The translations under genes and the position numbers were made by a program. Shown piece by piece: positions 1-11,589 of a stretch of 64,000 nt of DNA. Origin of the DNA: Mobula hypostoma (Eukaryota). The notes beneath the pieces were generated by a model, which was not told where the DNA came from, searched no databases, and worked only from the letters and a program-made list of their open reading frames with translations. Every line of letters begins with the position of its first letter. Positions within the stretch are counted from its first letter, which is position 1. Where the stretch lies: positions 23,128,001 to 23,192,000 of the forward strand of contig NC_086109.1 in assembly GCF_963921235.1 (NCBI RefSeq), read 5' to 3'.

Positions 1-80
1 TGGGGTTAAATCAGGGGATTGCTAGGCAGCATGGCTCGAGATCCTACTCCTTGCCATATCTCAATAAATGAATAAATAAG
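1..80 (+). mobile_element. 3' tail of V-SINE-like element (truncated by window edge)
   Basis: Resembles the 3' part of the copy at 28605-28785; ends atctcaataaatgaataaataa. Confidence 0.5.
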
Positions 81-1034
81 TAGTCGATAATCATAGATTA
101 ATTCACTGAGGTGAGGGGAGAATGCTGCACAACTCTGGAAAATCAGTCACTACATTTTACTGGAATATCTCATGCATTTTGATAAAGGAATTGTAATTTG
201 TAGATAACCCAAGCTGCTTAGTTTCCATTTTCAAGAAATTATAAAATAGATAATATTGTTTTACTAGTTAATAATTGCTATTAATTACAGATTAAATAAT
301 TAACTTTAATTACAGCTATTAAATACTAAATAAGCAATTAATGTCATTGAACACAAGGGCCACAGTGGGAGGCACTCTAACGTCAATGAGTAGTTTGGGA
401 GTTCAAGTCCCAGTTCAGGTGTCTTATGATTTTGTACTTTCTTACTAGCTGTTAAAATCAGCCCTTGTCTGCTTTATTCTGTCAAACTCTGATATGACTA
501 CCTTAGTCCCACCCTTACCCAAATGCACCCCAAAGCACTTTGCTGGCTGTGAAGCACTTTTCTCATCTTGAAAGGTGCTCTTAAGTGCAAACAATTTTTG
601 AAACAATTCTCGAAACAATTCTCTCACTCTCTTATCCAACGTTCCTCCCTTAACTATCTGCAAACAGAACAAGTGATCATTTTCCTCACTTGTTGTTTGC
701 TGGACCTTGCTGTGCACTCTGCATACTTTGTAAGGCAGACCTCTGTGCTAATGACAAAGTCAGGTTTATTGACAAATGCACAAGAGCAATGATTAACTTA
801 TTGAGGTCCGAACAATCACGGTGACTGCGTTGGATTATAATCCAACAACCGAATTCCAGTCTAGATGGGGGAATCCCTAACCTGTCATCTCCCATCTCCC
901 AAATCAATCTCTAGAGCCTTCAGTTTGTGAATATATTGTGAATGTTATGAGCCAACCATTATGCAGCCAAATGCCTTCAAAAACACCTTCAACTTTCGGA
1001 AAAGTATGTGACTGTTAGCCCTCCAAACAATTCA

Positions 1035-1170
1035 CAAACAAGAGAAAATCTGCAGGTGCTGGAAATCCAGGCAACGCAAGCGAAATGTTCGAGGAACTCA
1101 GCAGGCCAGATAGCATCTATGGGAAAAAAGTATAGTCAACGTCTCGGGCTGAAACCCTTTGGCAGGACAT
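1035..1170 (-). mobile_element. Penelope-like element terminal fragment with degenerate hammerhead motif
   Basis: Same terminal sequence as the other PLE copies (gaaaatctgcaggtgctggaaatcc...gaggaactcagcaggcc...agtcaacgtctcgggctgaaacccttt). Confidence 0.75.
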
Positions 1171-2399
1171 CATTCCAAACAAATCATTCCATACACAAGT
1201 ACATTGAGGATACAGTGCTGCAAGTACAAAGAAGATGCAACGCACGTAGACAATTAATATTTGAAGATGATGTAGACGCACAGATTCAGAAACTACTGGA
1301 AGGGACTTACTGGAAATACACAGGGCAGGAGAATTATTTTCCATGTAGCGTGAAGACTGAACATGCCCAGATCATTCCAATCAAAGTTACCATGAATAAA
1401 AGAGAATTAAAAGGCCTGCAATTCTTTCACTTTTGCTGACAGTGAGTCTGACAGACCATCAAATGGACCTTCTAAACACACATCTGCAGAGTCCACAACC
1501 CCACCACCCATCTCGCTAAAACCCAGCCACGCAGCACTTGCCCAGTGATAACCAGCAATCCTTATAAGGATGAGCCAGCTTCCAACATCTGTGTCATAGC
1601 CACAGTTCAGGGTCAGAGAAATGAGGGTGGGACCTGAAGCCTACGAGGAAATCCTTCATCTATACCAGTGTAACTTAACACTGTATAGTCAATGACTGTT
1701 TTTCTTTTAAAAGAGTAATTTTCCATATGTTTTTGTTTTCAAGAGACAACTATATCAAAGGATAACAATTAAAACACCATAATCGAAGTGTTCATTTGGC
1801 ACAGGACACATGGACAGTGATTTCAAACATTTAAATAAAGGAAGATGACAGCAATAGTTATATGATCCCCCTCATTAAATCAGGCGATGTGTGGCCAAGT
1901 CCCTGAGGGGATAAGAGTAGGAGGCAGTCTAGTCACTGGTTTACAGAAATTGCATACTTCCCCACTGAAATGCAGCTGACTTATTGTAGGAACACTACAA
2001 CAGAAACTCATATGGAACAGCAAGATGCAGCCAGAGCCAAATGTAATTGCACAATCCATCAAGTTTTATATCTCCAAGGCCAGTGTCATCATATTAAGTC
2101 TTTCAGTGTAAGGCAGAATAAATATCTGAAACTTCCAGTAAATCTGCAGCTGAGAAAATGGGATTCTGATAGAGAAATATGATAATAATTATTTCCAAAT
2201 CATTTCATAAGATTCGGGAAATTCAAGTGGATACTGTTCAGCAAAACACTAAAATAGTATAGATGGTGTCGAAGATGACATGAAATTATCTTGATCAGTT
2301 AGGGATGTGGGCTGAGGACTGACTTTCCATCCAGGGTTGGATTTGTACAGAGAATGGGAAGCATTATGAAAAGAGTTTCACTAGAGGTGAAAGTGCATA

Positions 2400-3515
2400 G
2401 GTTTGCTGAAAGTGGCATCACAAGTAGATAGGATGTGAAGTAGGTGTTTCTTACGATGGCCTGGGAAGTTATGCTACAGTTATATAAGATGACGGTGAGG
2501 ACGTACTTATTGTGTGTCGATTTGGTTGCCCTGTTAAAGATGTCCCTAAACCAGAAAGAGTGCAGAAAAGATTTACCAGGATGCTGCCTGAACTTGGGGG
2601 CTTGAATTACAAGGAGAGGTTGCACAGACTACAACTTTATTCTCTGCAACAAAGGACACTGAGGGGTTAGTTGATAGAATTATATAACACCATGAGAGGC
2701 ACAGACAGGGTGAAAACACAGAATCATTTTCCCAGGGAGAGACACTAAAATCACAAGGGCACAGGTTTAAGATTAGGGGTGAGAGATTTACAATGGGTAT
2801 CAGGGCAGCTTCTTCACACAGGGAGTGGTGGGTATTTGGAATGAGCAGCAATTTGAGGTTCCTGGGTGGCAACATCTCTGAGGATCTATTCTGGACCCAA
2901 CATATCGATGCAGCTACAAAGAAGGCACAACAGCAGTTTTATTTCATTTGAAGTTTGAGGAGATTTGGTATGTCACCAAAGACACTCGCAAGCTTCTACA
3001 GTTGTACCATGGAGAACATTCTAACTGGCTGCATCATCGTCTGGTATGGGGAGGGGGCTACTGCACAGGATCGAAGTAGGCTGTAGAGAACTGTAAACTT
3101 AGCTCCATCATGGGCACTAGCCTCCGTCGAATTGAGGACATTTTCAAGGAGCAATGCCTCAAAAAGGCGGTGTCCATCATTAAGGACCCCCATTACCCAG
3201 GCCATGCCTTGTTCTCATTGCTACCACCAGGGAGGAGGTACAGGAGCCTGAAGGCACACACTCAATGAGTTAGGAAAGGCTCCTTCCCTTCTGCCATCCA
3301 ATTCCTGAATGGACACTGAACCCATGAACACTACCTCACTACTATTTTTAATTTCTATTTTTGGAGGAGGGCACATTAGCAACATTTAAAAACCATCCGG
3401 GATAGGAGAGGTTTAGAGGGCTATGGATGAAATGTGTGCAGATGGGACTGGCTCGCTGGGCAACAGGGTGAGCAAGGTTGAGCTGAGCCAAAGGGCCGGT
3501 TTTTATGCAGTACGA
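2400..3515 (+). mobile_element. Degraded CR1-type LINE 3' fragment interrupted by a Rex/Babar-like LINE fragment (~2850-3360)
   Basis: CR1-like 3' phrases (gggcacaggtttaagattagggg, ttcttcacacagggagtggtg). The insert encodes decayed FLG.NISEDL.W...KKAQQ..YF...FGMSPKTL...ILTGCIIVWYG. Confidence 0.65.
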
Positions 3516-4639
3516 TTATGATATTTGATATGACATTTATAAGTCACATTTATATATCTGACACATTTCAGTGTCAGATGTCTATTAAATTTATTTATTT
3601 CCATGTATCATTGCTTTTGAACCATTCTACGGAAATTAATCTATGTTATATGCTGGGTTTCGCTATTGTTGGTCACGTTCAGAACAACTACATTGTCACA
3701 GTGTAATGCCAGACTGGATCCCACCAAAACGAGTCCCATGGTTACTTTCTGTCATTTGCTATGACTCCACTACCATAGTACCGATACTCCCTTCCGTCCA
3801 CTCTCCCAACACTATCTGACTAACACTATCCCCAGTATCTCAAATTTCAACATTCCCAACTCCCTGATAGCTTCAGCTCTCCTTGACTCTTGCTGCTGCC
3901 ACCCAGTCCATTGATACCTCAGCTCTCTAAGTACACTAACACCTCACGGTCCCTCCTTATAAGGCGTCAACCTTTTAATCTGCTTTTGGGATCCTTCTAG
4001 TTCCTCCAACAGGGCCCCTGATCTGCTCCAACCCTAACAATGCACCACTTCCACTGAAGCCAAGAGGCTCTGAACTCCCTGTCCTCCAATCACGGAGGTC
4101 CTAATCGAGCTTCTTATCACAAGCCTTTTCTGTTCCTGGGTGGTGCGGACTTATTTGTATGCTTCGCAGCTCGCAAAGGAATTTGTTGCTGAAGTCTGCG
4201 GTGGTGATCCTTCAACCAAAACACTCATTAGCATGCCACACTGCAACTATGCAGAAATCTATAATAGTACACTAGGTCGTTGTAGTGACTGCAGCTTCCT
4301 TACTCAATTCTTGATATTTTCCAAAATGGTTAGATTAAATTGTAATGTCACCAGGTACAACATATGCATCATTTAACGGACCCGTTCCATCAATCTTTCT
4401 CCTTCCAGAGCCCATATACACTTAAGGATTCTACTCACCACTTTTCTTCCATATCCTATGCTAATATAAGCACTAACTTGACCCATCCATTCAACCTCTG
4501 TCACAGTAAGACTAAACACAACTGTTTTATTATTTAGCTCTCCTCGCCATTTAATCTCTTGATCAAAAATTCTATATAAATGCTCCGGTCTCCAAAGGTA
4601 ATCAAGCTCCAGTAACTTAAGCTATGCATATCAACCAGG

Positions 4640-4860
4640 TTCAGATTTAATATCATCGGTTATGTCGTGACATTTGTATTTGCAGCACAGATATGGATGG
4701 CAGAGGGGAAGAAGCTGTTCCTGAATCACTGAGTGTGTACCTTTAGGCTGCTGGACCTCTTCCTGATCGTAGCAACGGGCACAGGATGTGAACTGGGTGA
4801 CGGGGGTCCTTAATGGCGGATGCCACCTTTTTGAGGCCTCACTGCTTGAAGATGTCCTGG
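4640..4860 (-). mobile_element. Rex/Babar-like LINE 3' fragment
   Basis: Reverse complement of the 3150-3320 sequence (gatggcagaggggaagaagctgttcctgaatcactgagtgtg). Confidence 0.6.
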
Positions 4861-5334
4861 GTACTTAACCAAACCGCCATTTTACAGGGGAGAAATCAGG
4901 GAATTCGAATCACAAAGATAGCTGAGGAGCATTGTCAACCCAGGAGAGGGAAAGTTGATTTGCCTTTTTCCTGTTCGTGTCCTCGCCTGCCCTCGGTGGT
5001 CTCAAGAACGTCAACTTTCCACAGCCAGCTAATAATGGTGGACACATCTTCGACTTTGCTCTAACAGAAGAGGGCATCAATCTCCTCTTCCTTCAATGAC
5101 TGACAAATTAAATGTCATCATAGATAAAAGCATTTGGCACTTACTTAATTGAAGAAACCAGGAAAGGTGAGAAAGATTGTTCTACTGATACAATATTCAT
5201 TACAATAAATTAACTTTCTATAGAATTCCTTACAAAGATATTTCAAATAAGTTATATAAAGAGGAATGCCAACATGGTGAACAAGCATGAGGGTAGGAGA
5301 GGGAAACAGAAAGATGAGGACAAGCAAAGTGGAG

Positions 5335-5650
5335 ACAGAATTCAGAATCAGGTTTAATATCACCAGCATACTGTATGTCATGAAATTTGCCAACTTTGCA
5401 GCAGCAGTTCAATGCAATACTTGATAAATATAGAAAAAGTGAATTACAGTAAGTATATACCATATGCGTATATTAAATAATTAAATTAAGTAGTGAAAAA
5501 ACAGAATTTTTTAAAAAAGTAGTGAGGCAGTGTACATGGATTCAGTGTCCAAGAGGAAATCGGATGGCAGAGGGGAAGCTGTCCCTGAATCACCGAGTGT
5601 GTACTTTCAGGCTTCTGTACCTCCTTCCTGATGGTAGCAACAAGAAGGTG
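5335..5650 (-). mobile_element. Rex/Babar-like LINE 3' end with tail
   Basis: Same family as 4640-4860; minus-strand tail gatattaaacctgattctgaattctg. Confidence 0.6.
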
Positions 5651-6717
5651 GTGGATGACAAAAGAGAGTGAGCATTATTTTGGAAAATGGGAAACAATGA
5701 GATGGAATGACACAGGAGAGTGAAGAGTGTGAGGTTGGGATGGTGCCATCATGTATGAAGAGGGGCTGAAAACAGAAGCAATAAGGCTGAAGTCAAAAAA
5801 GACTGCAGAGGCTGAAATCTGGAACAATAAAACAGGTGGAATCTTCATAGAACTCAGGGGCTCAAGCAGCATCTTTGGAGGCAAAAGGGGCAAGTCATCA
5901 TTTGAGGTCAAGACTCTGCACTGGGGCAGTAAAAGTTCAGAGAACTGAATAAATATAGCAACATATTGACAGAACAAGCAGCTGGTGAAAGTTAAGACCA
6001 TGAAGAGGGGAGCAAAAAAGAGGTCTTGTGTAGAAGAGATGGAAAAAGAGATGGACAGAGTGCGCAGAAAGTGTCCGCAATTACCAATGACCAAAGATCA
6101 AGAACAAAATGAAAACATCCAATATATAATTAAACGTTAGGGCAGACAGCAAATTTTCAGACAGTTCAAAGCATGAATGAAGTGATTAGAACAGACTATA
6201 TGAATATTTAAAAGCAGACATGCTTATGTCACTCTAAAATCATTGTGGAGAACAGTACAGATGGATCTATTTTTCATTTCATATTGGAGTTGTCTTTCCA
6301 TAAGCAGTCATTAGGTAAATGCATGCATGAAATAATCTTAAAAGTCAGCTTCTCAGGATTGGAGCATGAACACCTGTGCCTTTTATCACCCACCTCGTCT
6401 CAGTTACTCCAAAACAGCCAATTATGAAATTAAGCCCTGCCTCCACACCTTTCCAAACACATTCCTTCAACATTTCTTTTGAAAAACTTAATGTGACTCC
6501 TTTGTCCAAAAAAAGGAGAAAGGAAGAAGGCAGAGAATTCAACTGCTGTTAGTGAAAAGGTGTGAGAGTCAACAATCCAAGAGGAAATGGCCAATCATTT
6601 AGGAAAGTTGGAGATAATGAAACCTAGTCAATACAGTTTTATAAAAGTTAAACTTACACTCGTTTGAATTCTCTGAGGATAAACCAGGGAGAAAAGTGTG
6701 TATTTAGATCTCCAAAA

Positions 6718-6757
6718 TAGTCATAGTCATACTTTATTGACCCCAGGGCAAATTGGC
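6718..6757 (-). mobile_element. Extremely 5'-truncated Rex1/Babar tail
   Basis: Reverse complement of ccaattt..ggggtcaataaagtatgactatgactat, matching the 3' end of the element at 11798-13149. Confidence 0.75.
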
Positions 6758-7312
6758 AAGATGCTATATAAGAGGCTGGTGCAAAATCTGAATGCCCACA
6801 GTACTGTTGGGACCTGCTATGCTAGAACAAATTGAAAACTGGTTGTCTCATAGAGAACAGAACTGGATAAACAGGTTCTTTTCAGATAGAATGTGGTAAC
6901 TATTGGAGTACCACAAGAAGCAATTCTTGACGCACAACTGTTCAGTATTTACATGATATTTTCTGGTGGAAGGGACGTTTCGTAAGGCTTCAAAATGTGC
7001 CCATGATAGAAAAATAGAAGGGCATGTTATGATAAGGATACTGTGATTTTGCCATGGGACATAGACTGAGTCAGTGGGGCAAAAGACTGGAAAATGAAGC
7101 GTGACCTGCAGAAATTTGAGATCATGCGCTTTGGTAGGAGAAAGCAACATGCAGATTATTATCTAAATGGTGAGAGACTGCAGGTGAGTAAAGTGTAGAG
7201 GGGCCTAGAAACTCTGGTGCATGAGTCTCAGAGCACCAGAAAGGCAAATGGTATTTTGACATTTATTACAAAGAGGTTCGAGTTTAACAATAGGGAGGTT
7301 TTGTTGTAATTG

Positions 7313-8138
7313 GAGGAGGAGCGAAATGATGATGGCGCTAAGCAGCAACTCCTTTGCTTTTATCTTCAGAAACAGCTCTATTTCCATCTTTAATATCTTT
7401 ATTTTTCCCTTTCAGGATGCTTTTGAAGACCCTGACCTGGAGTTACACGCAGGCTTCGGTCCTTTGCGGGAATGGGAGCCACTCTTGGTGTTTCATAATT
7501 GGCTGTTGTTTGGCATGCCAATGGCTCAGCCTAAGAGTTCGGCTCGGCTTTGGAGACCTAGGATTTGGGGCTCTGGAGATAGGCAGATCGAAGGTCGGTG
7601 TCACGGCAGGAGACCCGTGTATTGTCGGGGGAGTCGGATGTCTATGGCTGTGCGCCCAGAAGCTCGAGATCTTTGAGCACAGAGCTTGAAAAAAGCATCA
7701 TAACGGACTTTTAACATTGTAAACCAGCGAGTTGTTTATGTCTCCCTGCTCGCTTTGAAAAGGAGACACCTCTTTCTCCCTTATTAGGCAGAGAGAGAGC
7801 CTGTGGTATGTCGAATGCCGGGTGAACAATATAGTCTTTGGGGTAACTGCAAGTCTGTGTCTTTGCTGTTGCTTTACTCACGCTTGAGTGCTGGGTGGCG
7901 GGTGCCAATGCTTATTTTTTGCTGGTAGGGGGGGAGGAGGGATTGTTGCTTGCTGCCGCTTACATGCGGGAGGGAAGGGAGCTGGGGGGTGTACTTTGGG
8001 GTTCTAACACATAACTGTCGTTCATTCTTTGGGACACTCGGCACCCCTCTGTTTTCGCAGACACTTGCGAAGAACAAGCATTTCAAGATGTATATTGTAT
8101 ACATTTCTCTGACATTAAATGCACCTTTGAAACCTTTG
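7313..8138 (+). mobile_element. Non-autonomous LINE-derived retroelement (GC-richer body, no RT)
   Basis: Starts gaggaggagcgaaatgatgatggcg and ends tgacattaaatgcacctttgaaacctttg (repeated tail). Flanked by aattg (7308-7312 / 8139-8143) inside CR1. Confidence 0.6.
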
Positions 8139-8349
8139 AATTGTCCCGTTGGCCATCATGCCCCACATGAACTGCATAGTTTTGGTCCCCTTACCCTAAA
8201 ATGAATATTGTAACATTCAAGGCTATATAAAGGAGCTATACAAAGCTTAATTCCTGGGACAAGAGGCTTGCCCTACCAAGAATAACTAAAAAAAAATGGA
8301 CCTATATTCCTTAAAGTTTTGAATAATGAGAGGAAGCCTTATTCAAATC

Positions 8350-9601
8350 GAGTGGATTCCAGTTAATTAGGACACAGTGGGACTAGTACATCTTGTCTCA
8401 ATTAAGTGGCTGCCTCTGTAAGCCAAAGTTTCATGGAAATAGTTACAAAGATATAGAAAAGACAAACTAAAGACAAATTGAGTAACAAATTATGTATTTA
8501 AATGAAATACAGAACTAATTAGACCACTACCAATACTTCTACTGTACTATAAAACTGTGTTCCTAATCGTTATTGACGGAGAAATTCATCCAGTGTACAA
8601 TACTGTGTTCTTTTGATTGACTGTAAATGAACAAAATCAACGCAGACATCTAGTGCAAACAATGGACTGACTTCATGCAATGCTTCTGATGATTGCATTC
8701 TCCAAATTTTCATTTTCATTTAACATTCAAGATGATTGTCAATATCTTCAATTTTGTCTTAGTCCCTATCTTGTTGAAGTTGTGAAATCGTTCAATTTTC
8801 ACTACCGGCCATTTCTGGCATCTCCAAGCCTGAATGCTTGAAACCACGCCGAGCAAAGCTGTTGCGAATTGTTTTACTGCTTATTTCTTGCCAGTTATCA
8901 GTGACAAAAATCACTGCTTTTTGAACACAAACACACATAACTGACTCTATTTAAAAACTCAAACAAGAGAAAAATCTGCTGATGCTGAAAATCCAGAGCA
9001 ATACACACAAAATGCTGGAGGAACTCAGCAGGTCAGGCAGCATCTATGGGAAAGAGTACAGTCGATGTTTTGGGCCGAGACCCTTCGGCAGGACTGGAGA
9101 AAAGACGAGGAGTCAGAGTAAGAAGGTGGGGGTGGGGGGGAGAAAGAAACACCAGGAGATAGGTGAAACCCAGAGGGGAGGGGAGCCAGCTCTTTACTTC
9201 AGCCCTCCCCCCTCCCAGTTTCACCTATCACCTTCTTACTTTGACTCCTCATCCTTTTTCTCTCCAGTCTTGTTGAAGGATCTTGGTCCGAAACGTGGAC
9301 TGTACTCTTTCCCATAGATGCTGCCTGGCCTGCTGAGTTCCTCCAGCATTTTGGGAGTGTTGCTTCTATTTAAAAATTGTTCACTCTAAGCACAGTGTAG
9401 TGTCTAACGGCCACCTAATGCACGTGACTGATGTTAGATAGAAACTGTTCAGCAAGTCTCCTGTCCCAATTAAGCAGCATGGTGGCCCAAATAAATTATG
9501 GGAATCCCAGCTAGTTCTCCATTAGCTTTTGTTCTTTAAGCGTTGTCCCAAATACGCAGCTGCCCTGATTAACCGATGGTCCAATTAACCAGAATCCACT
9601 G
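8350..9601. mobile_element. Non-autonomous Tc1/mariner-pogo (Tigger-like) DNA transposon
   Basis: Imperfect TIRs gagtggattccagttaattaggac / gtccaattaaccagaatccactg, followed by TA; subterminal gtcccaattaa repeats. Confidence 0.7.
8958..9364. mobile_element. Fold-back Penelope-like insertion (two inverted termini)
   Basis: Inverted arms; 12-bp TSD tctatttaaaaa at 8946-8957 and 9365-9376. Confidence 0.85.
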
Positions 9602-11467
9602 TATATAAGACCCAATAAGAGCTCGACAGGGTAGATGTTGGGATGTTTCCATTCTGGAATAGTCTTAAACAAGGGAACATTACTGCAATATATAAAAGGC
9701 TAGTAATTTAAAACTGAGTGTGTAGAAATTTCTTCTTGCAGAGGATGGTGAATCTCTGGAATATTTTATCTCAGGAGGTATGGGGATTGTAATATAAGAA
9801 GTATTCAAAGTGGAGGTAGTTAAATAGTTGATATATCCATGAAAAGAGGGGTATGGAAAAATGGCAGAGAGGTTGAGGCCAGCCACGGTTACATTAAATG
9901 GTGGGGCAGGCTGGGACGGCCGGATGGCCTGCTCCTGTTCCTATTTTTCTTGATGGTGCTCGACAGTGATGGCATCTCAAGCAGAAGAAAACCTTGGTGA
10001 ACTCTGGGAAAAGAAGTATTCAGCACAGGCTCCCATTAACTGCCCTATACTTGCCTCTCCAGTGGTAACATGCAAATAATAATCATGCATCATCAAAACA
10101 TTGTAAAATGTCATCCCTTACCGTCCCTACTTTACAAGTCGCTAACAAATTAGGGCGGGTTTGCAAACAGTCTGGCACGTTTTGACCTCAACTGTTTTCA
10201 CACCTATTGCAAAAACAACCTGCCCCTCCACTCTTTTCCTGCCTTAGTTCGGCCTGAATGAGAATTTACAGGGTACAGCGTAAAACATTCTATACACGGA
10301 AGAAGATTATGATTCTTTATTGCATCAGGCTAGGGATATCAGACTAATCCCAAAATAGCAGGACAACGTTAAATGTTTCTTTTTGAACCAGACTTTTGGC
10401 TAATGCCTTTTAGTTAATGTGTACGCACTCATTTCTCCAATAGCCCCTCTGAGGGATTTGCACTTTCCTCAATAGGAGCTACATACCTACATCGTTCCAT
10501 GATAGGGCACATTATCATACCTATCTTGTACTGTACATGCTTCCACCACTTTATGTAAGTGAAATTAAAGACTGTGGTTGTCTAATGCAAAGAGGCGGGG
10601 AATGGAGTGCTATAGTCCAGCTGCGGGTCAATGGGTCTAAACAGCGTAACAGATTGGCACAGACTAGATGGGCCAAAAGGCCTGTTTCTGTGCTGTAACA
10701 CTATGAATCAGCTTGCACAAAGCGCTTACTTGTAAAGGATGGTTTTAAGTTCCAGAAAGTAACCACAGCACTGAAACAGAAATCTCCCTGGCTGGAACCC
10801 ACAGAACCACTATTGGATTAAATATGGATCACTACAAGTTAAAGAGCAACATCTTTCTCAATAAGGTAAATTTTATGTTAGCTCACAATGATTATGCTGA
10901 TGAGGTATGACTTCTCATAATGTGCTCAACTATGAGATGGGAGTGCAACGTAGCCCTCAATAAATGCCTAAGTATGTGTGCCTTTCACCAAGAGCAATCT
11001 AAACCAGTAAGCCAACTTGATTAGATCTCTTGTGAATGATGGGAACGCGAAGTCAATTATAAACTTAAAATTCACACAAGAGGTAATGGGAAGCCAGGAC
11101 TTTCTCCTGCAATGTTATTGAGGCTAGAACCTAGCTGAAAATTGTAAAACTCAAAGACTGCTGAGCTTGTTAGATAACTTATTAAAAATTGCAAAACCAA
11201 AATGAGTAAATAAGAGTCATATACATGTTACCCGTGATCTTATTGTGCACTGGAACGGGCAAAAAAACACCAAATAGTCAAATCCAGCTCATATGTTCTT
11301 AACGCTTTAAACACCATCATTGCAAAGCGATTAGCTAACGCAATGGAACTAAATTTGGAGTTTTGGTAACAACGGGCAGTGCAAGTAACTATTGAGTCAT
11401 TACTAGAATAGAAGCTGTGAACTTCTAGTCTTATTAAAAGAGGCGTAGCAAAAAGCATCACACTCAC

Positions 11468-11530
11468 CGTGTACAGCTCATTCAGGACTTTCATCAAATC
11501 TTCATGTAGTTGAACACCAACCTCTTTACT
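11468..11530 (-). CDS. SRGAP-family coding exon (63 nt, F-BAR)
   Basis: SKEVGVQLHEDLMKVLNELYT. Acceptor ctctctctttcaatgcag, donor gtgagt. Phase 0/0, continues the frame of the previous exon. Confidence 0.93.
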
Positions 11531-11589
11531 CTGCATTGAAAGAGAGAGATGGGTTAAACAAGATTCAAGCAAGCCATCCTTTCTTTATT

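Larger units (their letters stand above)
6480..9950 (+). mobile_element. Old CR1-type LINE split into pieces by later insertions (6718, 7313, 8350)
   Basis: CR1 RT-region phrases resume across each insert (e.g. gaggaagccttattcaaat | atataagacc...gacagggtagatg); ends ggcctgctcctgttcctattttt. Confidence 0.65.

Noticed and set aside
445..1439. ORFs 445-717(-), 568-792(+) and 1008-1439(+) as novel proteins
   Set aside because: No recognisable domain, partly repeat-derived, and lengths expected by chance.
1..11467. Next SRGAP exon (VMKTYHMY-type)
   Set aside because: No matching translation seen; probably before the window start.
11240..11572. Full ORF-track ORFs at 11240-11572, 20874-21389 and 27396-27704 as genes
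   Set aside because: Only the splice-site-bounded cores are SRGAP-like; the flanks are intronic read-through.
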